Part shown: piece after piece, positions 12,644 through 24,198 of the stretch
Layout of the letters: every line of letters begins with the position of its first letter
How positions within the stretch are numbered: the first letter of the stretch is position 1
Origin: Rhizaria sp. SCN 62-66
Taxonomy: Eukaryota
Reading direction: 5' to 3'
NCBI GenBank assembly: GCA_001724265.1
Contig: MEDY01000342.1
Location: 1-38,230 of the forward strand
Length of the DNA: 38,230 nt
Made by a program: the position numbers and the translations under genes
Notes under the pieces: generated by a model
Seen by the model: only the letters and a program-made list of their open reading frames with translations
What the model was told of the DNA's origin: nothing
Databases searched by the model: none

Positions 12644-14633
12644 GCACGAGCTTGAGCAACAAGCTCAGCCTCAGCTTCAGCTTCAGCAGCAACAGCTCCA
12701 AGAGCAGCAGACTCAGCAGCAGCCTGAGCCTTTGCCCGTCAATAGCTACACTGACGACATGGTTCAGACGGAGCAGCTCAACAACGACGCGAGCAGCACT
12801 CTTAATACCACCGCCAGTAACAGTAATGCCAACGCTGCTCTTGCGTCCATTCCTGCGCGCAAAGCTAAACCACCTAAGCCTGGCTCCGTGGCTGCCGCCG
12901 CCGCCGCGCTCGCTGCCGCCGAGGCCGCCGCCGCCGCGACCGCGTCCACCGCTGCGGACGCGCGCGTGCACGCCCGCGCCGCCGCGCTGATCGTGGCCCC
13001 TGCGGCCGCTGCCGCGACGGAGGCTGAGGCCGAGGCGCAGGCGGCCGCGGCGGCGGAGGCCAAGGCCAAGGGCGAGGCTGAGGCGGCTGCTGCGGCGGCC
13101 GCGGAGGCTGAGGCCGCTTTGAACGCCAGGGCTGAGGCTGCGGCGGCCGCTGCGGCTGCGGTGGAGGCCGAGGCCGCTGCCGCCGCGGCTGCCGCCACCG
13201 CTACCGCGACTGCGGCCGAGGCCGACAAGGCCATCGTCGAGGCGAACACGGCGACGGAGACGGTGGCGTTGGCGGCGGAGGCGGAGGCGGATGCGGAGGC
13301 CAATGCCAAGGCTGCTGCCGCTGCCGCCGCCGCTGCAGCTGCTGAGGCCGCCACCGCCGCCGCGAGCGCCGTCGTCACTGCCACTGCCGGCGCCGGCGAC
13401 GGCGACGGCAAGGAGACGGTGACTGTAGGAGTGACCGTGACGTGCAAGGGGCTGCCGACGATCCCCATCGGCATTGTGGATCCCGAGACGGAGAAGCAGG
13501 TGCACTTCCACTTCATGTGTGGGCTCTGGATCTCCACCACCGACAACGACTGCAAGGCCCGGAACAACAACAAGAAGGCGAACCGCGGCGCGAAGAAGAG
13601 CACTGCTGACGCTGGCGCTGGCGCTGGCGCTGGTCACAATGCTGATGTGAAGCAGCAAAACGTGTCTAAGACGAAGCTCGTCGGCGCTGCGTCGAGCGAC
13701 GCGTGCGCGACGCTGAACAACGCGGGCAGCAGCGCGAACACGAACTCAAACAACGCGGCTTACTTTCGGAACAGCAAGGACGACATGAGCGTCAGCCGCA
13801 TGCGCAACAGCAGCCAGCCCGACCCCTTCGGCATTACCGAAAGCAGCAAGAACAACAACGACGCTGCCGGCGAGGGCGACAACAAAAACAACAACGACAA
13901 TGATGGCAGCGACAACGGCAATGACGACCACGACGACGATGATGACGAGGACAGCAGTGGCGACGAGGAGCCCGAGCTCGACAGCGACGGAAACCCCGTG
14001 AGGCGGACCAAGTACCTGCTCGCGGGTTGCACATCGTGGGCGTCGGACGTCCAGAACCCGTCTTTCACCGTCCCCGCCCTCGAGTTCCCACTCCCGCGCA
14101 CCGTCGCGCTGCTCCCGCCGCCGCCGCCGCCGCCCCGGCCGGACGACAGCAAAAACGGCCATGATAGCGCTGTGCTGTTCCTGCCCCAGTTCACCACCGC
14201 AGCAACTGCGACTGGGACTGGGGCTGGTGCTGATGCTGGAGCTACGACTGAGTCGAAGTCTGTGCCGGAGCCCCTGCCCGCGCAGCTGATCGTGTACCTG
14301 TGCATGACGTACTCACCGGCGCCGCCCGCCGCGGTAGGCTCGGAGCACATTCTCGCCACGGCCAAGATTGACCTCACCGCAGTCCTGCTCTCGCTCTCCG
14401 CGCTCGACGCTTCCGCCGCCGCTGCGGCTGCTCACGGCCACCCTGCTCACAGTCACCCTGCTAACCCCAAGGCGAGCAAGATCCGGATCCCACTATCGGT
14501 GGCGGATACCTCGCTGACCACCGCGCCCACGCCCACGCCCACGCCTGCGCCTGACAACCTTCCCAGCAACGGCGGCGGTGTCGTCGAGGGCGACACGGAT
14601 GCTCTGCGCCAGCAGCAGCAGCAAGCTAAGCAG

Positions 14634-14664
<31 letters not shown>

Positions 14665-16255
14665 TGGCGGGGCCCGCGGCGATCGTCGGTCTGTCCAAGA
14701 TCAGCCTTGCTGCAGTTACGGCCTGGTTTGACTCCAAGCGCGCCGCGTCCGCCGCCGCTGAGGCCGCCGCAGCCGCCGCCGCCAAGGCCGAGGCCGCTGC
14801 CAAGGCTGAGGTTGCCGCCGCTGCGGCCGCGGCAGAAGCTGCTGAAGCTGACGCCAAGGACGCCGCCGCTGTGACCGCCGCCGCTACCGCGGAGGCTGCG
14901 GCGGCGACTGCTGCGGCCAGCCACGCCATCACGCTCGCCAACCAGGCCGCCGCCGCGTCCGCCACCGCTGCGGCCGCCGCCGCCGTCGCCGCTACCCGCG
15001 CCAACGCAGTCGCAGCGAGCGTCTGCGCGGGCAGCAACCAGCCGCAAGAGTCCGAGGCTGCCGCTGCCACTGCCGCCGCCGCTGCCGCTGCTGCAGCCGC
15101 GGCTGCCGCGGCCGCCGCTGCGAAGGCTAGCCAAGAGGCCGCGGCCGCCGCTGCCGCCGCAGACGAGGCCGAGGCCGCTGCGGAGGCTGCTGAGGCCGCC
15201 GCCGTGGCCGCAGACGAGGCCGTCAGCGCTGCGGAGGCCGAGCTTGCGGCGGCGGAGGCCCGGGCCGAGGCCGAAGCGCGGGAGCGGGCGGCGCAAGGGC
15301 TGCCGCCGGTGAGCGAGAGCAGCGTCAGCCGCGTTATCGCGGAGAAAGACGAGCCGAGTGTGCAGAACAGCAGCAGCAGCAACAACGAGCAAAACCAAAT
15401 TGTCGATGTTGCTCCTGCTGCTACTGCTGCCGAGCGTGAAATTGCTCATGTTGCAGTTGAGAAAAATAACGACAACAATGACAATGTTATGTCTTACGGC
15501 AATACGACCTCTAGTTGCATCACCAGTAACAACAACATCGCCAACACTATCGGCGGCCACAGCCAGATGGTGTTGATGGCTCCGAGTCATTTGCCCGTCA
15601 CAGACTCGGCCCCCGTGACTCCCGGCCCCGGCAACGATGGCCCGAATGGTGACGCCCACAATAAGAACGGCAACATTGTAAGTCCCCTTGTCACCGCTGG
15701 CGACCAGAGCCAGACGATCTACCCTTACGCCGGCAACAACAACAACAATAATAATAATAACAACAGCCTGAACACCCCGTTCGCCGCGGACCCATACGAC
15801 GCGAGCGCGACAATGCACCTGCACTCGCCGCCGCAGTCGCGCATGCGCCTGCACCGGCGCACGCGCTCGCAGTCGCAGCCGCCGCTGGTCGAGAGCGAGC
15901 AGGAGGCCGAAGCCGCGCCCGCGCCCGCGCCAGCGCAGCAGACTGCCCCCGCTCCCGCCGTCGTCATTGTCAGCGGCGTTGTCGACGAGGACTGCAGTTT
16001 GGCTGGTGGCGCGGTCCACGGCCATTCTGGCCACAGCCAAGCCAACAGCAATTTTGCTGTGAACGAAGTCACCATGGACTATCCGCCCCAGCAGAACAGC
16101 AACAACAATGACTTTTCACAGTCGATGTTGCCTCTACAGCAGCAAAACCAGCAGCACCCACAGCAAAACTCTCAGTCGCAGTTGCTGTCGGCCTCGTTGC
16201 TGCCTTACAACAACAACACGGACGCTCTTAACACCGTCAGCACGCATGCGCTCAC

Positions 16256-16307
<52 letters not shown>

Positions 16308-16456
16308 GAAAACGATCACTCCGGCATCCTCGACGTTACCGGCACTGCTGCGCATGCGCCTGCGCCTGCGAACGGCAGGGGCCCGGCGCCGGCGCTGCCC
16401 GCGCGGCCCCGTCCGCGCCCGCGGCCCCCCGTCACGCAATCTGCGCAGCAGCACGA

Positions 16457-16492
<36 letters not shown>

Positions 16493-17288
16493 GATGGTCT
16501 CCGCTGCGGTTGTTACGGCGACGCCGGCCTCGCCGCCGCGGCCGCCGCGGCACATGCGCACGCCAAGCTCCAGCGCCAACATGAACAACTACTTGCTGCT
16601 GGGCAATAACAACAACTACAACGGAAACAACTACAACAATGTTATCACTCCTGTCGCCTATGGGAACAACAATAACAGCAACAACGGCTTCCTGGCCAAT
16701 AGTAGCAATAACTACGCCAACCTCAGCCCCGCGTTTGGCTCTCCTGCAAACGCCAATGGCGCCAATGTTGGCTTTGTTGAAGACGGCAGCATGTTCGCGA
16801 CGATAATCGGGTCTGACACCACGTCTGACAACCATCACAACGGCAATAACAACTGGCAGCAGCCGCTGCTGCAGCCGCAGCAGCCGGGTCAGGCGCCGCA
16901 TCGGCCGGTGCTACGTGTCGGCAGTGCCGGCTCGCGCCCTCTCTTCTCCCAGCAGCAACAGCAGCAGTTGCAACAGCAGCAGTTGCAGCAGCAGCAACAA
17001 CAGGCGAACAATGGTAACATTGCCAACTGGCAGCCTAGAAACGCTCGCTTCAATTCTAACCCTCACGCTGTTAACAACGCTAACAATGCGGCCACCATTG
17101 GCAACAACGCAAGCTCCAGCAACAGCGGCAGCGGCAACGCGGGCGCCTTCGCCGCGCGGCCCCTCTCTGCCTCCGGCTTTGGCCCCAGCTCCAGCCCGAC
17201 CATCTACCAGTCGCATTCGCACTCCCGGTCGCAGTCGCAGAGCCACATGAACGAGTCGCACTCCAACTCGACCCTGAACCTGCAGCCG

Positions 17289-17319
<31 letters not shown>

Positions 17320-18613
17320 CCCAGTTGCAGGTTCAGTGGCAACAGCAGCAGCAGCAGAATCCACTTGGTTCGAACCAAAACAACAACAGTCAGCCTATTC
17401 ATATTCAGGTTCAGGAGCCTGAGCAGGGCCACGAGTCTGACCAAGACCAGGAGCAGCAGCCGAGCGACGCCACCGCCGCCGCCGCCGCCACGGTGACGAC
17501 TCCCCCCTCACGCCGGCGGCGCCGCCCGCGCCCGCCCGCGGCGGCGCTGCTGCTGGCGACGCCCAGTGCGGCCTCCGCGGCCAAGAGCCGCGAGCGCGAG
17601 CGGCGAGAGCTGGCGCAGCAGCGCGAAGCGGAGGAGCGTGAGCGCGCCCGCGAGCGCGAGCAGGCCGCGCTGGGGCTGCCGCCCGTCTGGGCCATGGGCG
17701 CCGCGGTCGGCGTCGGCGGCATCGTGCGGCCCGCGCCCACCGCGACCTCGGCCGGCGTCAAGTCGCGGCTGTCCTCCACGGGGCTCAAGCAGCAGCCGCA
17801 GCAGCAGCAAGGTGCTGGTGGTGCTGGTGACGCCGGAAAACCTGACGCTAATGACGCCGATATGAAGGCGAAGGAGAACGATGCCGGTGCAGCTGTCGTT
17901 AAGAACGAAGCGCAGCCGCGTTCACGCTCGCAGTCGCGTGCAAAGCGGCCTGGCACCGCCAATGTAAGTGCCCGCGGCACTTACCCGCATCGCCCTGAGA
18001 CCGCGACGGCGGCCTCATTCAAGATGCCCCCGCCTCGCCCCTCGATTGTCCCCACCAGTGCTGACGGCGAAGGCGAGAGCAAGGGCAAGATCGCGTCGAC
18101 GGGGGGCGTGGTCCGGCTGCGGCAGCGGCGCCCCGCTACTGCGTCGGCCAGTGCGCCTGCTAACCATAGCAGCACAAACGCGAAGAACAACGGCGTCGAC
18201 GTTGCCGATGGGAGAAACAGCGACGACAAGGTCGACGACAGTACCCGCGATAACATCGCCTGCCCGAACGGCGAGCAGGAGCAAGACCAGGGTCGGCTGC
18301 CGCTGTCGTCGCTCGCTCGCCTGTACGCGCTCCCGTTGCCCACGACCGCGTCCAGCGGCGCAAGCAACAGCAGTGACGGCAACAACTCGTCCCTCAAGCA
18401 GCGCGGCTCTGATGCCGCTGCGAGCGCCGCGACGAGTCGTTACGCGACGGCGCTGGCGCGCGCTCTTGCCATCGCGGGCCCCCACCACCACCGGCCGATG
18501 CAGACGCTCGCGCTCGCGCCCACACTCAGCAACGCCGGCCCCGGCGGCTCTGGTCCGCAGGCGCAGGGCCGGGGCCGGTCGCGGGCACGGCCTGCGACCT
18601 CCCACAGCTCTTC

Positions 18614-18645
<32 letters not shown>

Positions 18646-21458
18646 CGGCGTACAACGGCGAGAGCGTGAGCAGCGCGACGAACGGCGACCTGTCGGCGCG
18701 GCTCTCGCAGAACATCTCCGTCTCGCTCTCGCTCAAGACCGTGCTCTCGCTCGCCCCGGCTAGTAGCAAGGCCGCCAAGGCCGCTAAGGCGTCCGCGGGA
18801 TCGGACCCCAACTCGTCCCCCAGCCTAAGCACTCCCGGCGGCGACGGCAGCGGCGCCGGCAGCGGGGCCGGCAGCGGCTCGCCGCGCCGCCTGCTGCCCG
18901 AGAACAGCGTCCGCAAAGACACGGTGCACGAGCGCTCGCTGCGCGTCTCGCAGTCGGCCGCCGAGCAGCAGCTGCTCGAGAGCATCGAAGGCTCGCGCGA
19001 GCACGAGCAGGCCGTCGCGGCGGCCGCCGCGGCCGTTGAGGCCGTCGTGGCCGCCGAGGTGTGCCGCAGGAGGCTGGACCGAAAGATCTTCGACAAGTGC
19101 AACAACACCAACAGCAGCGCGAACAAGAACGGGAGGACTGGTGCTGACAGTATCAGTCCAACCAACGCGAGCGCGGCTGGGAGCGCTGATGCGAAGCAGA
19201 AGAAGGGCTTCTCACAGTCGCATCCCTACATCCAGGGCCCCTACAGCAACGTCAAGGGTAACGCTGCTCAGCAGCCGCAGCAAACTGTCGCGTTCTCAGC
19301 GTACCAATACTCGCCGCAGAAGCAGCAGCAGTTCTCCCAGTCGCAGAACCCGCCGCAGCCGCAGCCACAGCAGGCGCAGGCGCGCACCATCACGCTGCCG
19401 CCGCGGCCCGGGTCCGCCTCGGCCGCGCTCGTCCGCGCGCGCACCGCCCGCCCGCTGCCGCCCTCGCTGCCGCAGCCCCAGTCGCAGCAAATGCGGCCGC
19501 AGCACGCCCCGCTGTCGCGCCCGCAGACGCAGTCGCAATTGCTGGCACACCAGCGTCCGTTCGCTCCCTACAACATCAACGGCAACGCGAATCCGCAGTA
19601 CTACGATAGCAACGGCGGCTTCAACCCTGCCTATAGCAACAACAGCCTCAACAACAGCGCCGACTTTGCGTTGCCGCAGCGGGGCGGGCCCTTGGTGCCT
19701 GTAACCGAGACGCAGCAGGAGTACTTGCACGACGGCAGCGACTACTTACATCCCAGCCGGGGCTACTTAAACGGCCACCAGGGGCACCCTGACATGAACT
19801 TGTACAACTCACTGGCCCTCGCCCCCCAACAGCAGCTGCAGTCAAAGTCTCGGTCTCGGTCTCAGTCTCGCTCGCAGCCTCCGCCTCAGCCTCGAAACGG
19901 CCACGGTCACGGACGGCCGCTGAGCCCTTACCGCATGCAAACCTACCCTTTAGACCTGCCCGATGGCCCCTTACACGAGCCCCTGTACTACAAAGACCAC
20001 CAGGACCAGGAGCAGCCGCAGCTGTACTCGCAGGCTCTGAGGCGCTCGCCTCTGCGCTCCGCACGCTCGCGCTCACAGTCGCGGTCCCGGTCGCGGCCGA
20101 ACTCGGGCTCGCCAGTGCGCTCGCGGCCCCAGTCGTCGTCAGCGCGCTATGGCAATAACCACGATCATGGTGCTAGCAGCGGTGACTTTGGTGCAAGCGG
20201 CTCGCTGTTGTTCGATCCTTTCCTCACTGGTCCGGTCAACAACAGCAACAACTATGGTGCGAGCGCTGGAGCTGGCTTTATCCCGATCAATCACACGCGC
20301 ACGTCTGCTGCTATTGCCACCGCTAACGCCGAAAACGACGCCAACACAAACGGCGACTCTGCTGCTGCGAATGATAAGGCGAAGAAAGTGCAGCGACGTG
20401 TCTGGAAGCCGCAGACGAAGGCTGGTCGCGCGAATGCGAACGCGGACGCTCCTGCTGGCGGGAATAACAACGACAGCGATGACGGCGAAAGCATGTGTTT
20501 TGACGCTCCTGCTGCTACTCTGCGCATTCTGCCTCCCACCCCCGCCGCGACCGCGGCTCACGGTCACCCTGCGTCCGCGCTCGCTCTGCCGAACGACGAC
20601 GACACCGACGGTAATGGCATCGGTGGCATTGTGAGCACTGTATCTGTCGCGTCAGTGCTGCTCACGTCGACACTCACGATCAGTAATGGCAACAGTTCCA
20701 GTACCAGTACTGGTGCTAGTGCTGGTGATGTTGTGTTCACCTCGTTGCAGTCTCTCTACAACGCAAACACGCGCCGCATCTCTTCTCTCTCGCGCACGCT
20801 TGCGCAATCACTGCTATTGTCAGTCGTTAACAGCAGCGCGAGCCCGACGAGAGGCAGCAGCAAGCAGATGGGTGCGAACAGCAACATGCAGTTCAACACA
20901 GATGCTCTGCTGAAAGACATCGCTGCTCTCTTGTCCAGCGCGACTAGAGACGTCGCCAAGGCCAAGTCTAAGGTCGCCGCTGCCGTCACCGCGGCCCGCC
21001 GTCTGTACGACGCGCTGTCCGCCTCGCTCGCGGTGCCCGCGGCCACCCAGAACACCGTCGAGGCCCGCCTGCGCGCGCTGCCGCCCCTGGCGCTGCCGCT
21101 TTCTCTGAGCATCGACGCCGGCGCCCTCGCCGGCGACGGCGACGGTAAGAGCGGCGACGAAAGCGGCGATTGGGGCACGCTGCAGGCGTTGCTGCAGTGT
21201 GTCGCCGTGCTGCAACAGGCTTGGGTGGCGCTGTGTGACTGCGTGACCGCCACCGAAGCGTCTCTCACCAAGTCCGGTGCGGCGTCGCCCAGCTACACAA
21301 TCAAACGATATCCTCTCAGCGGCAACGCTGGCAGCGCCGCTGACGCTCGCGATGCGGCTCAACAAGGCAAGCTGAAGGGCGGTGAGAAGCTGCTGTCGCG
21401 CGCTCCGTGGTTGGCTGCATACACCGCTGATGCGCTTTCTGAACAGTGCGACGAGTAA
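7818..21458 (+). CDS. Giant (4546 aa) mostly disordered Q/A/N/S-rich protein with a probable interrupted C2 domain
   Basis: Single uninterrupted 13.6-kb ORF; first ATG 7818, TAA 21456-21458; sharp switch to AT-rich DNA on both sides. Ordered-looking segments only at ~13413-14390 (C2-like) and ~20730-21270 (amphipathic helices). Confidence 0.85.
9624..9695 (+). repeat. Coding microsatellite (CAA)21(CAG)3 encoding Q24
   Basis: Counted directly; a long pure run among many CAG/CAA tracts in this ORF. Confidence 0.95.
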
Positions 21459-22213
21459 GTGTGCACCGTGTGATATCAAGCCTCTCTCCTGCACAAAGTC
21501 GTAAGCTACTTCATAGTTTAGTTTTACGTCATTTATAGTGTTTTTTTGAACGTTTGTTGTCATTATTTTGGTATTAATAGTTTAAAAATTAATTGTTTTA
21601 TTATTATTTTGTGTGTCAGTCCTCTGTTTGAAATGGAACAAGCAAATGCTGTGGCTGTGCTCAAGCACGCTTCCATCTGTTTGCTCATTTCAACCACTAA
21701 CACTATAGCAACGCAAAGCATTACCGCTATATTTTTTATAGTGCGCTCTTTGCTGTTTTATCCTTGTCTCTTGTTTTTGTTTTTGTTTTTGTTTCTATCG
21801 TCTGTTTGTGCTCGTTTCGTCTTTGCTGGGTTTGTTTTTTTACACGGCAAGCAAGAGAAAAACCGAATGCAAACCTCGCCATTAACAACTTCATTACAAT
21901 GACTTTGCTACCTATCACTATTTAGTTATTAAATACGCTGCTCTCTACATACGAAACATGTATCCTCACAGAATACACTCCTGATACTCTGTCATGTCCG
22001 CGTCAAGAAAAATTAGCATGATCTTACTGTAGTTTTGCGAGATCAATCTGAATCTTTATTTCGAGACATATCAAATACGTGGACATCTATGGCCATCTTC
22101 TAGCCAAACTTGCACAAGATTTGTCTCACTCAAAGTTCCAAGTCAAACAATTTTTCACAGACTCGTCACACGTACAATTCACTTGATGTTGCGAGATGAG
22201 CTAGTCCTTCCTC

Positions 22214-23413
22214 TCACACCTGCCACTTGATCTCAGGCTTGCCCTCCTTCTTCAAGTACTCATTGCACTTGGAGAAGTGCTTGGAGCCGAAGAAGCCCTT
22301 ACTGGCGCTGAGCCCCGAGGGGTGGGGGCAGGCCAGGATGCAGTTCTCGCTGGCGTTGACCTTGGCGGCCTTCTTCTGCGCCGGCTGGCCCCAGCACAGC
22401 CACACCACGCGCTTCTGCTTCTCCGCCACGAGCGCGATTACGGCGTCGGTGAAGTTCAGCCACCCGAGCGTCTTGTGCGAGAAGGCCTCGTGCGCCTTGA
22501 CCGTGAGCACGGTGTTGAGCATCAGCATGCCCTGCTTCGCCCACGGCAGCAGGTGGCCGTGCGTCGGCTTCGTGAAGCCGGGAATGTCGGACACGAGCTC
22601 CTTGTACATGTTGTTCAGGGAGGGGGGCACCTTGATGCCCTTGGGGACCGAGAAGCACAGGCCCTCGGCCTGATTGTCATCGTGGTAAGGGTCCTGGAGG
22701 GAATAGACAAAGAAGATCACATTAAGGATTAGATCATAAAGACAGTTATGCCAGTTAGAAAACTCCATTTAGCGTCAAGAATAAACTGGTCGGTGTCATA
22801 TATCAGAAATTCTGGCCAAATAGACACAATCGCACGCGTAAGATGCAATGTAATGGCGTACCTGTCCGATGAGGACGACGTTGACGGCGTCAAAGGGACA
22901 CGCGTCCATCGCAGCAAAGATCTTCTCGGGCGGGGGGAAAATCTGTTCGCCCTTGCGCGCGCGCGCGGCCAGCTCCTGCTTGAGGTTGCTCCAGTAGGGC
23001 CGCGTGAACTCGCCCTTGAGCGCCTCGCGCCACGTCGGCGGGATCAGCGACTCCAGGTCCAGGAACTTGAGCGCCAGCGCCTCCCGCTTGCTCACGCTGT
23101 TGGAGCTCACGCCGGCTGTCTCCTCGGCGGGCTTCTCCGCAGCGGGTGCAGCGGCAGGGGAAGCGGCGCAAGCGCGCTTCGAAAGGGAGTCGGAGACGGT
23201 CTTGCTCTCATCCTCGGCCTCGGTCGAGTCGTCGGCGCCAGCCAAGGTGCGCTTCACACCGCCCTTGCCCTTGGTGGCAGCATCCTTTGTGACCTTAGTT
23301 GGAGTAGCAGGAGCCTTGCTGAAGCTATCGTCAGTTTTAGCTGTGCTAGCGTCGGCAGAAGCCGGTGAAGTGAAGAAGGAGCGCAGCGACTGCTGTTGTC
23401 CGTTCTTAGACAT
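22214..23413 (-). CDS. UNG: Uracil-DNA glycosylase, family 1 (343 aa; exons 23413-22862 and 22693-22214)
   Basis: Splicing gives VNVVLIGQ|DPYH (catalytic motif A). Also QAEGLCFSV, VPPSLNNMYKEL, HGHLLPWAKQGMLMLNTVLTV, LCWG and HPSGLS (motif B). N-terminal PIP box QQSLRSFF. Confidence 0.97.
22694..22861 (-). other. UNG intron, 168 nt, phase 0
   Basis: CAG|GTACGC ... ttccctcCAG|GAC; splits the GQDPYH motif. Confidence 0.95.
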
Positions 23414-23602
23414 CCTTCACGGCATATAGAAACAAAATTGGAGCATGTGAATAAATATAATTAATATTTAGCAAACATAAATATAATAATTTAATACTTA
23501 CCGTCATGTAGACGTTCACAATGATGCATTATTCATATTTTCGTGACACTCTTTCGAGGCGCGCAAACCGTACATTCGTCTCCACCACATACGCATTCAG
23601 TT

Positions 23603-23878
23603 GAAACAACGAGACAAGCAATCTCGAGACAAGCAATCTAAGTGAGAGCAAATGCACGAACAGTCGTTGAAACGGTCAATAAGATGAAGTTTGTACTGTA
23701 TTCTGACTTGAAGTCAGAACCCCTAACCGAGCAGTCGAGAGTGAGAGATATACTGTGAAAAGAAGGAGACGCATGGCGCCACCATATTTGTACATAAGGT
23801 TACCTTGAAGAAACAACGAGCCAAGCAATCTAAGTGAGAGCAAATGCACGAACAGTCGTTGAAACTGTCAATAAGATG
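23603..23878. repeat. Pair of 69-bp direct repeats (23603-23686, including an internal 15-bp tandem duplication; 23810-23878) around a 123-bp spacer
   Basis: gaaacaacgag(a/c)caagcaatctaagtgagagcaaatgcacgaacagtcgttgaaac(g/t)gtcaataagatg occurs twice with 2 mismatches; the first copy has cgagacaagcaatct doubled (23610-23639). Confidence 0.9.
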
Positions 23879-24198
23879 CAGAGTCGGTTAACGCAAGTCG
23901 ACCTCACCTGACCCTTAGACCCAGCTTCGTTCTTTTGCTGCTCAGGACCACTCGTCACTTGAAGGCACAGTCTCTCTGTCTCAACTCATTCTGTATCACC
24001 ATATGGTCAATAGGGTCAACAAACGAGTCCATTTCACAGTCCACATCTTTATTGATCGCGACAAAACCTTGGCATTCAACATAAAATCTCTGTATTCGTA
24101 TTATTTACTATGTAATACACTCTATATAAATCATTACCCTCGCGTATTCAAAGTTCTGACTGCAACTGTGGTCAAGCGTTACTGTGATGTCCAAGCGA

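Noticed and set aside
23495-23504. ATACTTACC resembling the U1 snRNA 5' end
   Set aside because: No U1 stem-loops or Sm site follow; better explained as the complement of a GTAAGT splice donor.
23701-23728. Hairpin followed by AACCCCTAACC, like a telomerase RNA boundary element plus template or a telomeric seed
   Set aside because: Only 11 nt, not tandemly repeated, telomere sequence unknown, no supporting promoter or pseudoknot seen.
23603-23878. Direct repeats as a CRISPR array
   Set aside because: Only two 69-bp copies with a 123-bp spacer, eukaryotic context, no cas genes.
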